DNA from: Styela clava
Lineage: Eukaryota
Assembly: GCF_964204865.1 (NCBI RefSeq)
Contig: NC_135258.1
Location: 8,866,001 to 8,930,000 of the forward strand
DNA length: 64,000 bases
Direction: 5' to 3'
Below, piece after piece: positions 39,405-53,339 of the stretch (position 1 is its first letter; every line of letters starts with the position of its first letter). The position numbers were made by a program, and so were the translations under genes. Under the pieces are notes generated by a model. That model was not told the DNA's origin and did no database searches. It saw nothing but the letters and a program-made list of their open reading frames with translations.

Positions 39405-42304
39405 CCATATGGTATTATATATAAGTTCTATTATTATATTAAAACAGAAAGAGATTTTGCTATGATCGTGCTGATAATTTAATGAATTTAGTACTCAATC
39501 ATTTCCGTATGATTATGACTCAATGTTTCTTTAAACATTCACAACAGAGAAATTTCTTCAACAAATTTATATATTTTTCATAAACGTAAGCATGATATGA
39601 TATACGCGTACATGATATCACTTACATAATTATAAGTTAGAATATTATAAACACAACTACACTGAACGTTGTTTGAAATTTTCAATAATGTGTTGTTGGT
39701 TATTTTAGGTACAAACTGTAAATTAAAAAAGAAACATTGATGAAGATTTTAAAAATTCAATATTATATTTTGAACAGATAAAAACGTTACTATACCATGC
39801 AGATTGGTAATTGATGTTTTGAGCAAAGATTCCCTCGTACTGAAAACGTAAATCCATCACTCAGTTAGTTTGCAGAGCGTTCAACACTATGTTAAACATG
39901 TTTCAGCGATAACTAAATGAAAAAAGTCATATGTCCAAATTGCCCTTCAAATATATGACTTCAATAAACAAAATTGTAGAATTCCCCTCGATCTTTGGCG
40001 GACAGAAAAAAAAACAAGATGGCGGAGATTCAAAATCTTCGTCTGTACCGATTCGAATGATTTACTATTCGATTCTATTTGAATATTCGATTCAGAATGT
40101 CCATCCCCAGAAACCAGAGATTCGAATCTACCGCAATACAATGTACTGCTGATCAAAAAAATGTGAGCGACGACCAATAACGTTTGTGGAGACCGTTCGG
40201 CCAGCAAATATTCAACCTTTGAAACATGCATTGCTTTAAAATTAAATTATAGTTTAAGTGCAATTATATATTATATTATAATTATAGTGCAGTTTGAAAA
40301 TTTGGCCCAAAAGTAAAATTGTAAATAAAACCCGTTTTACGAATAGATTTAACTTTGTCTTCAAATTCCATATGGCAGCGATTTTCAAAAGGTGCGCCTC
40401 GGTGATTTGCTAAGCGATTCCCGAAAATTACCAGAATTGTGTTAAACATAACTAATACAGGATTAAATATTTTACATATTGTATTTATTATATATGCTTC
40501 ATTGTTTTCTATTTCAACTACTGTTTATATAAACCAGTGAATACATATCCGGTTTTTGTCGTTCACTTTCTGCTTCCAAGTGTCTGCAATATTGTTACGT
40601 AACGTAAAGATAAAGGTAAATACAACTTGCTGCAATTTCGCGAGCTGTAGTTTCTTTATCTGCTGAGCCAAGGTTAGCAAACATGAGTGATTTTTTAGTA
40701 CAGTAGTTCAAAGGATAATCAGGCAGAGATGTGGAAGAAGACTTGACATTGCATATATAGGCCTACATGTGTACAAACTTTAAGAAGCATACAGTACAAA
40801 TTAACCTTAACAAAATTGAATTTTAATTGAAGGCAGCAAATTTTTTCGTGTGCGTGCAACTTGAGTTTTTCTCTCATCAGTCGGCGCCGCACAAACAAAA
40901 AGTTTGGAAATCGCTTCCTTATGATCCTTATATCACACATAAGTTATTTTATTATATTAAAACCGGAAGAAACTTTGTTAACACCGTGCTGGAAATTTTC
41001 ATGAGCAATTACCTGTTTTTAGTCGGAGACAATACAGCTTAGTTCTTAATCACTTTCCTGATATTATGACTCAATGTTTCTCTAAACATTCCCAACAGAG
41101 AAATTTCATAAACAAGATTCAGTTATTTTTTCATAAACGCAAGCATGATGTCCATTTATCACTTACATAATTAGAAGTTAAAAATCTTACAAACACAATT
41201 GCACTGAACGTTGTTTGTGGATTTTTGATAATGGGTTGGTCATTTTAATTACAAACTGTAAATTAAAAATGAAAGATTGATGAAGATTTTAGTTATTACA
41301 GTGCAGATTTGGTAATGGATGTTTCGAGCAAAGATTCCTGCGAATGAAATTAATATATTGGTAATAATATAATTGCTGACAAATAAATTGCCATGGAACT
41401 TGTAAAAACTGTTGCAACTCATGTGGTGAAAGTTGTTATCTATACTTGTAGACACATTTGGCGAATAATAAAAGTAAAGTGTTCACCGTTGCTTTGACTC
41501 TGTTTTTGCAAATCTGTACAAGCGTATTCAGAAGTCATGACTCGGCCACATCCAGCAAACATTTCTATTAGAACAAACTTTTTTGACATTTCTCCCTCGA
41601 CGTGTTTTTATGCTCTTATTTCCTTTCCTGCTACAGATAAAAACTGTTCGTATAAGGTATTTAATATTCAACGGAGCATTTGCTCTAGATATGTGTAAAC
41701 TGCATTTTTCTAGAAGAGAACTGAAATAAAAATATTAATAATACCACATACTAATAAATAGTTAAGTTTCTTACCCGAAAACATTCCCGATCGAAAAGTG
41801 TTGTATTAGAATAGTCAGCTTTACTGTTAAATATGTCAATATATTTTTACTTAACTATATTGGCAAAATAAGTTGAATTCACGTGAGGTATAATATTGAT
41901 CCGAGGTCTTTGAGTAAATTTTAGAGCACCATATGGCTGTTTGCTAATGAAAAGCCTAATTAAATCATAACTAGTCATCTCATTTTACACAATGTAACAA
42001 AAGTATGGAGCACAAGCGAGCCCACGATCAAAATGAGTCAGTGTGATTTCAGTAGAAACAAACAAACAAAAAATCGTGTAATGTTTATGTGGTTACAGAG
42101 TCTCATATTTCACAAAACGGAACACGAAATATCTCGCCATAACCGTATGGAAAACATTAGGAGCAAATTTTCTTTATCCGCATATCATTACGCATTACAT
42201 TATCCACACTGAATTCCTTCCTGTCTTAAAATTTCTTAAAGCGATTAAAGAAAAATCGTGATGGATTTTCAAAGACGAATTTTCCGAGATCGAATACGGA
42301 ATTC

Positions 42305-42312
42305 TATAAAAA
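42305..42312 (+). promoter_or_regulatory. TATA box of the peptide gene
   Basis: TATAAAAA about 30 nt before a probable short non-coding exon that ends at a GTGAGA donor (42368). AP-1-type TGAGTCA at 42034. Confidence 0.55.
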
Positions 42313-42678
42313 GGGTGAATAAACATCTTTAGCATCACTTCACTTTACGAAGACGAAGAAGATTCGGGTGAGATTTTTGAAAATTCGTATTTTCTATGTA
42401 ATAATTTCTATGTGAGTTTATCATTGTTTTTACCTTTGTTAACACGAATCTTACAAACAGCCATCACAATAAAGAATTTCAAATTCGAATTTATTTTTCT
42501 GTTTTTATCACGAAGTCCGTAATATTCCGAGTTGTTTTTAATTGGAATTCGTTTTACTTCCAAAAATTAACAAGGATTATTTTCTAAGAGCCAAACAAAC
42601 CTTGCTTTTTCGAGTTTAATTATCTAAAACGAAAATTCTTATTTAATTTAATATCATTCAATTTCAGAAAACAAAATC

Positions 42679-43895
42679 ATGAAAACCGCAATCATTCTAG
42701 CTTTGGTAGCATTATTTGTTGCTGATGTCTCAGGAGGATGGGGAAGCTTTACAAAGGCCATGAAAAAAGCAGGTTCAACCGCGCTCAAAGCAGCGACAAG
42801 TCCGTAAGTAATTTATTCACACTTTCAATACGCATTCATGTAATAACATATTGACTATTTTTGCATTCAGATATTTCCAAAAGTTAATATCACCATTTTG
42901 AAATTGTAAATAAAAAGCATTTATGGATAAATATATATTTTTAATGACATTTTTTATGCTTTACCAAATCTCGAGATTTTAGTTATCCACCGTCCACGAT
43001 CTCTGATTTATTCACATTCTCTTTTTAGAACTGGTCAAACATTAATGAAATATGGACTACGAATGGCTCTAGGTGATGTTCGTGCAATTAGAGAAATGGT
43101 GAGATTCAATTTATGGCCTTTTATATTTGTGTACAACAACAGTGTAAAAACCTACACAAAACTGGGAAAATAAATATACACAGATACCAGATTCTTCAAA
43201 TATTTGTTTATTCAGCAATAGCGAATGATCAAAAGTTGAAAAATGATTTAAAGAATTTATTTGTAAAAAAATCGAAATTTCACCTTTGCGACAATTTTTT
43301 TATACATTCAAATATTTGAAATTGATTAAAATAATATTTAGTGTCCTTGATTTTATAAAAACTCAAGCGATTGATAATCCATGCATTTATTTTTACAATT
43401 AGAAGTTTTCAACTGTAAAACTAGATCATATTAGTTACATTCGCAATTAAACAATGCATTCATATTTTTCCAGGACGATGCTGAAGTCAGTCAAATGTTT
43501 GATGCAATTCAAATGATCAGAGAAATGGACGACGGTATGTTTTTTAGATAGTATCAAAAAAACTAATAAAACAAACACAGAAAAATACCCATTTTAAAGC
43601 ATTCTTTATCTAGTTAAAATTTATCTTGCCAGAAATTTAAAAAATTATCAACGAATATTTTAACTCCCAAGATTATGAAGATATATAAGTAAGACACTTA
43701 ACTGTCCACCCTGCCGTTATTTGATGGACATTTTCTCTATTTTATATACATTTTCGAATGTATTATTTCACTATATATTCATCAGTGAATCTAGTAAAAT
43801 ATTCAACTATTTAGAAAGTATCATTGAATTGTAATACCGTTTCAGACGAGTTCCGCACCTTCGCAAAAGCAGCGAGCCTGGAAGATTTTGAATAG
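42679..43895 (+). CDS. Styelin/cecropin-like antimicrobial peptide precursor, 101 aa, 4 coding exons
   Basis: Exons 42679-42803, 43029-43098, 43474-43534 and 43846-43895 (306 nt, phases 2/0/1 consistent) give MKTAIILALVALFVADVSG-GWGSFTKAMKKAGSTALKAATSPTGQTLMKYGLRMAL-G-DVRAIREMDDAEVSQMFDAIQMIREMDDDEFRTFAKAASLEDFE. AATAAA at 44076 and 44115. Confidence 0.88.
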
Positions 43896-44710
43896 GGAGT
43901 GATGACGAAGAGTGACGACGAAGAGTGAAAAAATACATGTCATAATATTAATTTGCCAAACACATCTTGTCTGATCATTATATATATTTTAAATAAGTTG
44001 ACAAATAACAAATATAAATTATCAATATTGATTTCGTTTTGTTAGCTGTTGTTTTGTCTCACTCTTTGTTGTTTGAATAAATGAAAGTAATCTGAAGATA
44101 CGTGTTTATCAATCAATAAAATATTCGAGTTTTACAACATTTTAAACAGGTAACACTCACAGTAGCAAAAAGTAATAACGGCGTTTTTTGTTGTTGTTGC
44201 ACGACTCTATTTCATATAGCTAACGCGAGAATATCAATTGACACTACATTGGATCGCCATTAGGAATAATATCAACGCGCACTGAAAATTAAGTCGAACA
44301 ACCAAAGACGCACAAAGTAAATCGAAAAAAGTGTTTATTGCTCAGAAAAACTTGCTACTGGGGTCAAAAAAGTGTATTTCAATTTAGCTTTGCCATGTAA
44401 TCCAAAAATCTCGCAAGGCAAAATTAAATACCGGTAATAAAAAACCTATTTAGTTTTTTCACTGTAAGTATTGCACTATTTTGAATGTTTGCTGGAAATG
44501 CACGAACAAACCTGCGCCAATTCTCTATGCATTATACCGCCATTTCAAATATTTTTACCGCGATATCTCACGAAGACAAGATTGAATCTGCTCCAGATTT
44601 TGCATGTACATTCATCATATGTCGTACCAGAAGCCTATTGATTCGTATAATTAGCGAGTTATTAATTAATTAATGATGGGACACAAGGTGTCACTATGGA
44701 GTAAGAGCGC

Positions 44711-47700
44711 TGTTTTGGGGTATCCCCTAACTTTCGATCGATAAGTCTTCGGTCTCTGACCGATATTCTCCTTTAGCCAATTGATATGATATCCAAGCTT
44801 TGAGCATACAAAACATCTGTTGTCTTCTACATGTGAAAACCTGAGTGAACTCAGAGTTTTCTTATAGAGTAAAATTGTCATCAGCTACCTAGCATTCCTC
44901 AAATGTTTGTCACATACCAAACGTGAACTTAGACTACCATGATGTGAAACAGCTCCACGGAACCAAGGAATACATGGTAGCCAAAGTTTAATGGGTAAAG
45001 AACCATATATACCAACGGTGGGCAATTATACGGCTCCTCTCGCTAACATATAATTTTATCCAAATTCCACTATTGCAGAATCTGTAGTGTAACAGTTTTT
45101 TTTAAATTTATCAAGCGATTGAAGGAGTTTTCATTTATGATTGAGACAAATTATGTCTTAGTATGAAAATTGTTGTAGCGTGGACTTCAAATTTAAATCA
45201 GTCATGCGACAAATCTCAGGTGACAATGGTCACATGTTTATTGCTGCGTTGGCAGTATTACAAAAAACAATATGTCGGCAATTCAACATTTTCGTCTGAA
45301 CCGATCCGAATAATTCACTATTCGATTCTATTTAAATATTCGATTCGAAATTCTCAATTACAGGAACCAGATATTCGAATCTACCACAATACTATGTGCT
45401 CATTAAAAAGTGTGTGCGACGATCAATGACTTTTGTGGAGACCATTAGGCCAGCAAATATTCAACCTTTTAAACATGCATTGTTTTAAAATTACAATATA
45501 GTTATTGCAGTTTGAAAATTAAACTCTAAAAGTCAAACTGTTAATAAAACCCGTTTACGAATAAATGTAACTTTGTCATCAAATACCATATGGCAGCGAT
45601 TTCCAACGGGTGCGCCTCGGCGATTTGCTCATCGAGCTCCGAAAATTACCAGTATTGTGTTAAGCATAACTAATATAGGATTAAATATTTTACACATTGT
45701 ATTTATGAAATATCTTTTATTGTTTTTTAATTTCAACTGCTGTGTATATGAACTAGTGAATTCATTCCCGTTTTTTGTCGTTTACTTTCTGTTACATGAT
45801 GTCTGCTTTATTGTTTCGAAACGTAACGTTATAGGTAAATGCAACTTGTTGCAGTTTTTTTATATGCTGAGCCGAGGCTACCGAACTTGAGTGATTTTTA
45901 GTATAGTGATTCAGAGGAAAATCAGGAAGAGATGTGGAAAAAGAGTTAAAATCGCGTTTATTCTTTAGGCATACATGTTTACCAACTTTAAGATGCATAT
46001 GATACACATTAACCATTACAAAATTGCAATTTAATTAAAAGCAGCAAATTTTTTCATGTAAGTGCCCCTTAATTTTTCTTCCCTCGTAATTTGGCGCACG
46101 AACAAAAGTTGATAGACTACTTCCATACGGTATTACTTATAAGTTCGTTTATTATATTAAAATCGGAAGAAACTTTGTTATCACCGTGTTTACAATTTAA
46201 TGGGCAATTTCCCGTAATTAGTCGGAGACAATACAACTTTGTACTCAACCACTTCCGTAAGATTATGACTCGGTGTTACGTTACTTATTTTGGGTATTTA
46301 TAAATTCACAATATGGAAATTTCTTAACACGATTTGTTTTTGTTTTTTTCTATAATGCCAAGCATGATTATCAGTTCATCACTTACAGTCTTACATAATT
46401 GGAAGTTATCTCACAAACACAACTTCATGCACTGAACGTTGGAGATTTTGGTTATTTTAATTACAAGCTGTAACTTAAACATAAACATTGATGAAGATTT
46501 TAGTTAAAATAAAATAAATTGAATATTATATTTTGATCAAACGAAAATTTTACTACCATATTGATTGGTAATGGGTGTTTCGAGCAAAAATTTGTGCGAA
46601 TAAAATTATTTCACTGGTGGTAATACAATTGCTAACAAATAAATTGCCATGGAACTTGTAAAAGCAGTTGTAACTTATGTGGTGAAAGTTGTTATCTATA
46701 CTTGTAGACACATTTGGTGAATAATAAAAGTAAGGTGCGCTCCGTTGCTAAGACTCTGTTTTTGCAAATCTGCGCAGGCGTATTCAGAAGTCATAAAGCA
46801 GAATAACATTTTTATTAGAACGATGGTTCCCAAACTTTTTTGATATTTCTTCCCCGACGTATTTTTAAGGTCTCAATTTAACGGAGCATTTGCTCTAGCT
46901 TTGTGTAACTTGCACTCTGTTATAATGGAACTAAAATAAAAATATTAATAATATCACATGCTAACAGGAGAGCTATGCTTAAATATATGGACACGTAACA
47001 GCAAATACTACAGTCTACAAATATATTGACACCAAGCGAAGCAGTACTGCAGTAGTTCACCTTATCTTTAGCATTTCCAGTACCGGTAAACTCAAAATAC
47101 TTCCGAGTTTCGAGTAGCGAGGATAAGCAATCTGTCTGAGTGATGTATTTTACGTTTCCAGTAATTTATGTATCTGGAGGACCAAATACAAGAAAAAAGT
47201 TACATACAATTATATATCTCCCAAGTATTCGAGATTCGATTCGATTCGAAAAAAATATTTGATCTGATTCTGAAATCATCAGGTATTCGAAAATGCCCAG
47301 CCCTAACAACTAGTCATGTCAACCCCCCGATCTAAACGAGACAATAACAAACAAAAAATTTCATGTTATGTTTATGTGCTTACAGAGTCTCATATTTCAC
47401 AAAACGGAACACGAAATATCTCCCCATAACTGTTTTGGGGTATCCCCCTAACTTTCGATCGATAAGTCTTCGGTCTCTGACCGATATTCTCCTTTAGCCA
47501 ATTGATATGATATCCAAGCTTTGAGCATACAAAACATCTGTTGTCTTCTACATGTGAAAACCTGTGTGAACTCAGAGTTTTCTTATAGAGTAAAATTGTC
47601 ATCAGCTACCTAGCATTCCTCAAATGTTTGTCACATACCAAACGTGAACTTAGACTACCATGATGTGAAACAGCTCCACGGAACCAAGGAATACATGGTA

Positions 47701-50700
47701 GCCAAAGTTTAATGGGTAAAGAACCATATATACCAACGGTGGGCAATTATACGGCTCCTCTCGCTAACATATAATTTTATCCAAATTCCACTATTGCAGA
47801 ATCTGTAGTGTAACAGTTTTTTTTTAATTTATCAAGCGATTGAAGAAGTTTTCATTTATGATTGAGACAAATTATGTTTTAGTATGAAAATTGTTGTAGC
47901 GTGGACTTCAAATTTAAATCAGTCATGCGACAAATCTCAGGTGACAATGGTCACATGTTTATTGCTGCGTTGGCAGTATTACAAAAAACAATATGTCGGC
48001 AATTCAACATTTTCGTCTGAACCGATCCGAATAATTCACTATTCGATTCTATTTAAATATTCGATTCGAAATTCTCAACTACAGGAACCAGATATTCGAA
48101 TCTACCACAATACTATGTGCTCATCAAAAAGTGTGTGCGACGATCAATGACTTTTGTGGAGACCATTAGGCCAGCAAATATTCAACCTTTTAAACATGCA
48201 ATGATTTAAAATTACAATATAGTTATTGCAGTTTGAAAATTAAACTCTAAAAGTTAAACTGTTAATAAAACCCGTTTACGAATAGATGTAACTTTGTCAT
48301 CAAATACCATATGGCAGCGATTTCCAACGGGTGCGCCTCGGCGATTTGCTCATCGAGCTCCGAAAATTACCAGTATTGTGTTAAGCATAACTAATATAGG
48401 ATTAAATATTTTACACATTGTATTTATGAAATATATTTTATTGTTTTTTAATTTCATCTGCTGTGTATATGAACCAGTGAATTCATTCCCGTTTTTTGTC
48501 GTTTACTTTCTGTTACATGATGTCTGCTTTATTGTTTCGAAACGTAACGTTATAGGTAAATATATGCTGAGCCGAGGCTACCGAACTTGAGTGATTTTTA
48601 GTACAGGGATTCAGAGGAAAATCAGGAAGAGATGTGGAAAAAGAGTTAAAATCGCTTTTATTCTTTAGGCATACATGTTTACCAACTTTAAGAAGCATAT
48701 GATACACATCAACCATTACAAAATTGCAATTTAATTAAAAACAGCAAATTTTTTCATGTAAGTGCCCCTTAAGTTTTTTTCCTTCGTAATTCGGCGCACG
48801 AACAAAAGTTGATAGACTGCTTCCATACGGTATTACTTATAAGTTTGTTTATTATATTAAAATCGGAAGAAACTTTGTTATCACCGTGTTTACAATTTAA
48901 TGGGCAATTTCCCGTAATTAGTCGGAGACAATACAACTTTGTACTCAACCACTTCCGTAAGATTATGACTCGGTGTTACGTTACTTATTTTGGGTATTCA
49001 TAAATTCACAATATGGAAATTTCTTAACACGATTTGTTTTTGTTTTTTTCTATAATGCCAAGCATGATTATCAGTTCATCACTTACAGTCTTACATAATT
49101 GGAAGTTTTCTCACAAACACAACTTCATGCACTGAACGTTGGAGATTTTGGTTATTTTAATTACAAGCTGTAACTTAAACATAAACATTGATGAAGATTT
49201 TAGTTAAAATAAAATAAATTGAATATTATATTTTGATCAAATAAAAATTTTACTACCATATTGATTGGTAATGGGTGTTCCGAGCAAAACTTCGAGCGAA
49301 TGAAATTATTACACTGGTAATAATACAGTTGCTAACAAATAAATTGCCATAGAACTTGTAAAAGCAGTTGTAACTCATGTGGTGAAAGTTGTTATCTATA
49401 CTTGTAGACACATTTGGTGAATAATAAAAGTAAGGTGCGCTCCGTTGCTAAGACTCTGTTTTTGCAAATCTGCGCAGGCGTATTCAGAAGTCATAAAGCA
49501 GACTAACATTTCTATTAGAACAATGGTTCCCAACCTTTTTTGATATTTCTCTCTCGACGTATTTTTAAGCTCTTAATTTTTTCCCCGCTACATATAAAAA
49601 CTGTTTGTATAAGGTATATATATATTTAACGGAGCATTTGTTCTAGCTTTGTGTAACCTGCACTCTGTTATAATGGAACTAAAATAAAAATATTAATAAT
49701 ACCACATGCTAACAGGAGAGCTATGCTTAAATATATGGACACGTAACAGCAAATACTACAGTCTACAAATATATTGACACCAAGCGAAGCAGTACTGCAG
49801 TAGTTCACCTTATCTTTAGCATTTCCGGTACCGGTAAACTCAAAATACTTCCGAGTTTCGAGTAGCGAGGATAAGCAATCTGTCTGAGTGATGTATTTTA
49901 CGTTTCCAGTAATTTATGTATCTGGAGGACCAAATACAAGAAAAAAGTTACATACAATTATATATCTCCCAAGTATTCGAGATTCGATTCGATTCGAAAA
50001 AAATATTTGATCTGATTCTGAAATCATCAGGTATTCGAAAATGCCCAGCCCTAACAACTAGTCATGTCAACCCCCCGATCTAAACGAGACAAAAACAAAC
50101 AAAAAATTTCATGTTATGTTTATGTGCTTACAGAGTCTCATATTTCACAAAACGGAACACGAAATATCTCCCCATAACCGTTTTGGGGTATCCCCCTAAC
50201 TTTCGATCGATAAGTCTTCGGTCTCTGACCGATATTCTCCTTTAGCCAATTGATATGATATCCAAGCTTTGAGCATACAAAACATCTGTTGTCTCCTACA
50301 TGTGAAAACCTGAGTGAACTCAGAGTTTTCTTATAGAGTAAAATTGTCATCAGCTACCTAGCATTCCTCACATGTTTGTCACATACCAAACGTGAACTTA
50401 AACTACCATGATGTGAAACAGCTCCACGGAACCAAGAGAATACATGGCAGCCAAAGTTTAATGGGAGAAGAACCATATATAACAACGATGGGCAATTATA
50501 CTGCTCCTCTCGCTAACATAGAATTTTATCCAAATTCCACTATTGGAGAATCTGTAGTGTAGAAGTTTTTTTTTAATTCATCAAGCGATTGAAGAAGTTT
50601 TCATTTATGATTGAGACAAATTATGTTTTAGTATGAAAATCGTTGTAGCGTGGACTTCAAATTTAAATCAGTCAAGCGACAAAAACAGGTCACAATGGTC

Positions 50701-51986
50701 ACATGTTTATTGCTGCGTTGGCAGTATTACAGCTTGGTTGCGGTTAGTCTCAGTCACAGTGCGATATGTCCCGCACCGCTTGGTCTACGTATTGCCCACA
50801 CTTTCAAAAACTCACAGATAGGATGGAAACACGCAAGTCAAGTACTTTCGCATCAAATACTTCGTAATATCATTTGTTGTTATTATACGTTTGGGTAAAT
50901 TCTCTGTTCAAGGTATTCTAATATTAATAATTTCAAAAATTATGCGACTCTCACATATTTCTGACTTGATGCATGCGGCTGTTATACTGAAAAAATTTGC
51001 CCACCCCTGATATATATATAAATTCATGCATTTTTTTCATTATGTTCGCGTGTTTTATTATGTTAGCGTGTTATTATATTCATTTCAATTGTGAGGCATT
51101 TTGGGTTGCGAATGTGCGTTTGTGAGATTTAATAATAATTATCTGCCGATTGGTTGTTTCAGAATCGGATTGAATATTTTTTTTTCGAATCGAATCGAAT
51201 ATCTTATTTAATTTAACTCTATTATACTGTAATACTGAAAAGATAAAATCACTCAGTTACTTCGCTGAGCGTTAAAACATAATGATAAACATGTTTGAGC
51301 CATAACTAAATAAAAAAAATAAGTTTATTTGTCCAAATTGCTTTCTAAATATGAGGCTTCAATAAAGAAAATTGTGAAATTCCCCTCGATCTTTGGCGGA
51401 CAGAAAGAAAAAACAATATGTCGGCAATTCAAAATTTTCGTCTGAACCGATCCGAATAATTCACTACTCGATTCTATTTAAATATTCGATTCGAAATTCC
51501 CAGCCCAAGAAACCAGAGATTCAAATCTATCACAATACTTTGCGCTCATCAAAAAGTCTGTGCGACGTCCAATAACTTTTGTGGAGACTATTCGGCCCCA
51601 AATATTCAACGTTTGAAACATGCAATGTTTTAAAATTACGATGTAGTTATTGCAGTTTGAAAATTAGGCCTCCAAAGTAAAACTGTAAATAAACCCGTTT
51701 ACGAATAGATGTAACTTTGTCATCAAATACCATATGGCAGCGATTTCCAACGGATGCGCCTCGGCGATTTGCTCATCGAGCTCCTAAAATTACCAGTATA
51801 TGTGTTAAGCATAACTAATATAGGATTAAATATTTTACACATTGTATTTATGAAATATCTTTTATTGTTTTTTTTTTATTTCAACTGCTGTGTATATGAA
51901 CCAGTGAATTCATTTCCTATTTTTATTGTTGTTTACTTTCTGTTACATTGTGTCTGCTTTATTGTCACGAAACGTAACGTTATAGG
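44711..51986 (+). repeat. Tandem segmental repeat, about 2.7-kb unit, two full copies and one partial
   Basis: Units start at about 44711, 47431 and 50179 (periods 2720 and 2748) and are near-identical. Much of the unit is homologous to about 39830-42145. Confidence 0.93.
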
Positions 51987-53104
51987 CAGTGGTGGGATTC
52001 GGTATCCGCGTTCGTTGAAAATACCGGCTTTTTCGCGGTATAATTTTCTGTCTCGTAATATTCAATCTATGACAACTACAAGAATTCAAAATGTCTCTCT
52101 ATTTTAATTCATTTGTGTTCAAGGTAACTCGCGGTTGCGGCGACTCACGACAAAATAAACTCATTAGTCATTACCGATCTAAAATACCACGCCAATCCAC
52201 GGACATAATAATGTGTGATCAACTGCCCGATTATATTTAGTTTTGATATATATATATTAAGCTAATGCGAATTCGTTATCGTCGTTGGAAAGATCTGGTA
52301 TAATATCCCAGAAAGTATATTTAATTTAGTACAATAAAAATACATATATAGTATATTTGTAAATAAAAAATACATATTCATCGACTCGAAATCCCCGCGG
52401 TACGCTTTCCGTTTTATTTTTCGTACTTCATAATGCCGCTTTTTCAATCAAGAAATTTTTGGTTGTGGATTCACTTCTTTATTACATCTTTAGCATCTCG
52501 TAGCTGATGATTATATAATAAAACTAACTCGTTTTCCTCACAGCTGTCATAGTTCCATTCAAAAACAAAAAAAGTATCATCGTCTTCGCGGCACAAAAAT
52601 ATATCGAGGAAAATTTCTGATTACGGGAGAATAAACATCGAAATCAAGAATTTTACGACCTAAATAACACGTCACGCTGACGAAAACAATCGAGATTTAA
52701 AGAAAATGCAATCGCAAACGCCTTAGCGACTTAATTTTTCAGCGGTCAAGGGCCGGGAAAACGTCCACATGCATAATAACTATTAAAAATTGAACGCCTT
52801 TTAAATTTACATAAATTCATTTGCAATTCTCCATTTTGTAAACTGTAATTTTGAACTTGGTGGTTGTCCAAATGTATTGGTAGTGTAATTTGGAAACGTT
52901 AGGCAATAGGTCTGTAATTGTTACTTAGTAAATAAACATTAAAGTAAATAATTTTTGCTCAATCAATGCTCAATAGTGATGAAGTAAACAATTGATTGAA
53001 ATTTTACGTGTCTTATGTAAACGTTTAGGCAGAAAATACACCAATGCATAGGTTTATTGCGTATTTAGTTTTACTTAAAAAATAGTTAGACTTTACCAGG
53101 TATT

Positions 53105-53326
53105 GCAAACTGAGCGGAAAAACGAAAATGTATGATGACCACGACAGGCGAAGTGGTACTCCGATGCGTTTTATGCCTAAACAATCTGAGCAACCATGCT
53201 ATGAGACCAACACTCTTGCCCCATCACAAAAACATTTTTTCGAAGCAAAAAGAAGGGGGGCGCGAAGTTTGTAAAATTTTTCAAAGGTGGGGGGGGGGGT
53301 GGCTCAAAAAGTTTAAAAACCACTGC
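53105..53326 (+). mobile_element. hAT Buster/Charlie deletion derivative with a BED-finger remnant
   Basis: Translation RCVLCLNNLSNHAMRPTLL resembles the Buster-type N-terminal motif CVxCxxxLSNxxMKPSKL. Ends in hAT-like AAAGTTTAAAAACCACTG. Left end not located. Confidence 0.55.
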
Positions 53327-53339
53327 TCTATAGCTTCAT

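Noticed and set aside
44666-52107. Recurrent short ORFs (MTILLYKK..., MKIVVAWTS..., MSSNTIWQ...) as a gene family
   Set aside because: They recur only because of the near-identical tandem duplication. Frames break between copies and no recognisable motifs are present.
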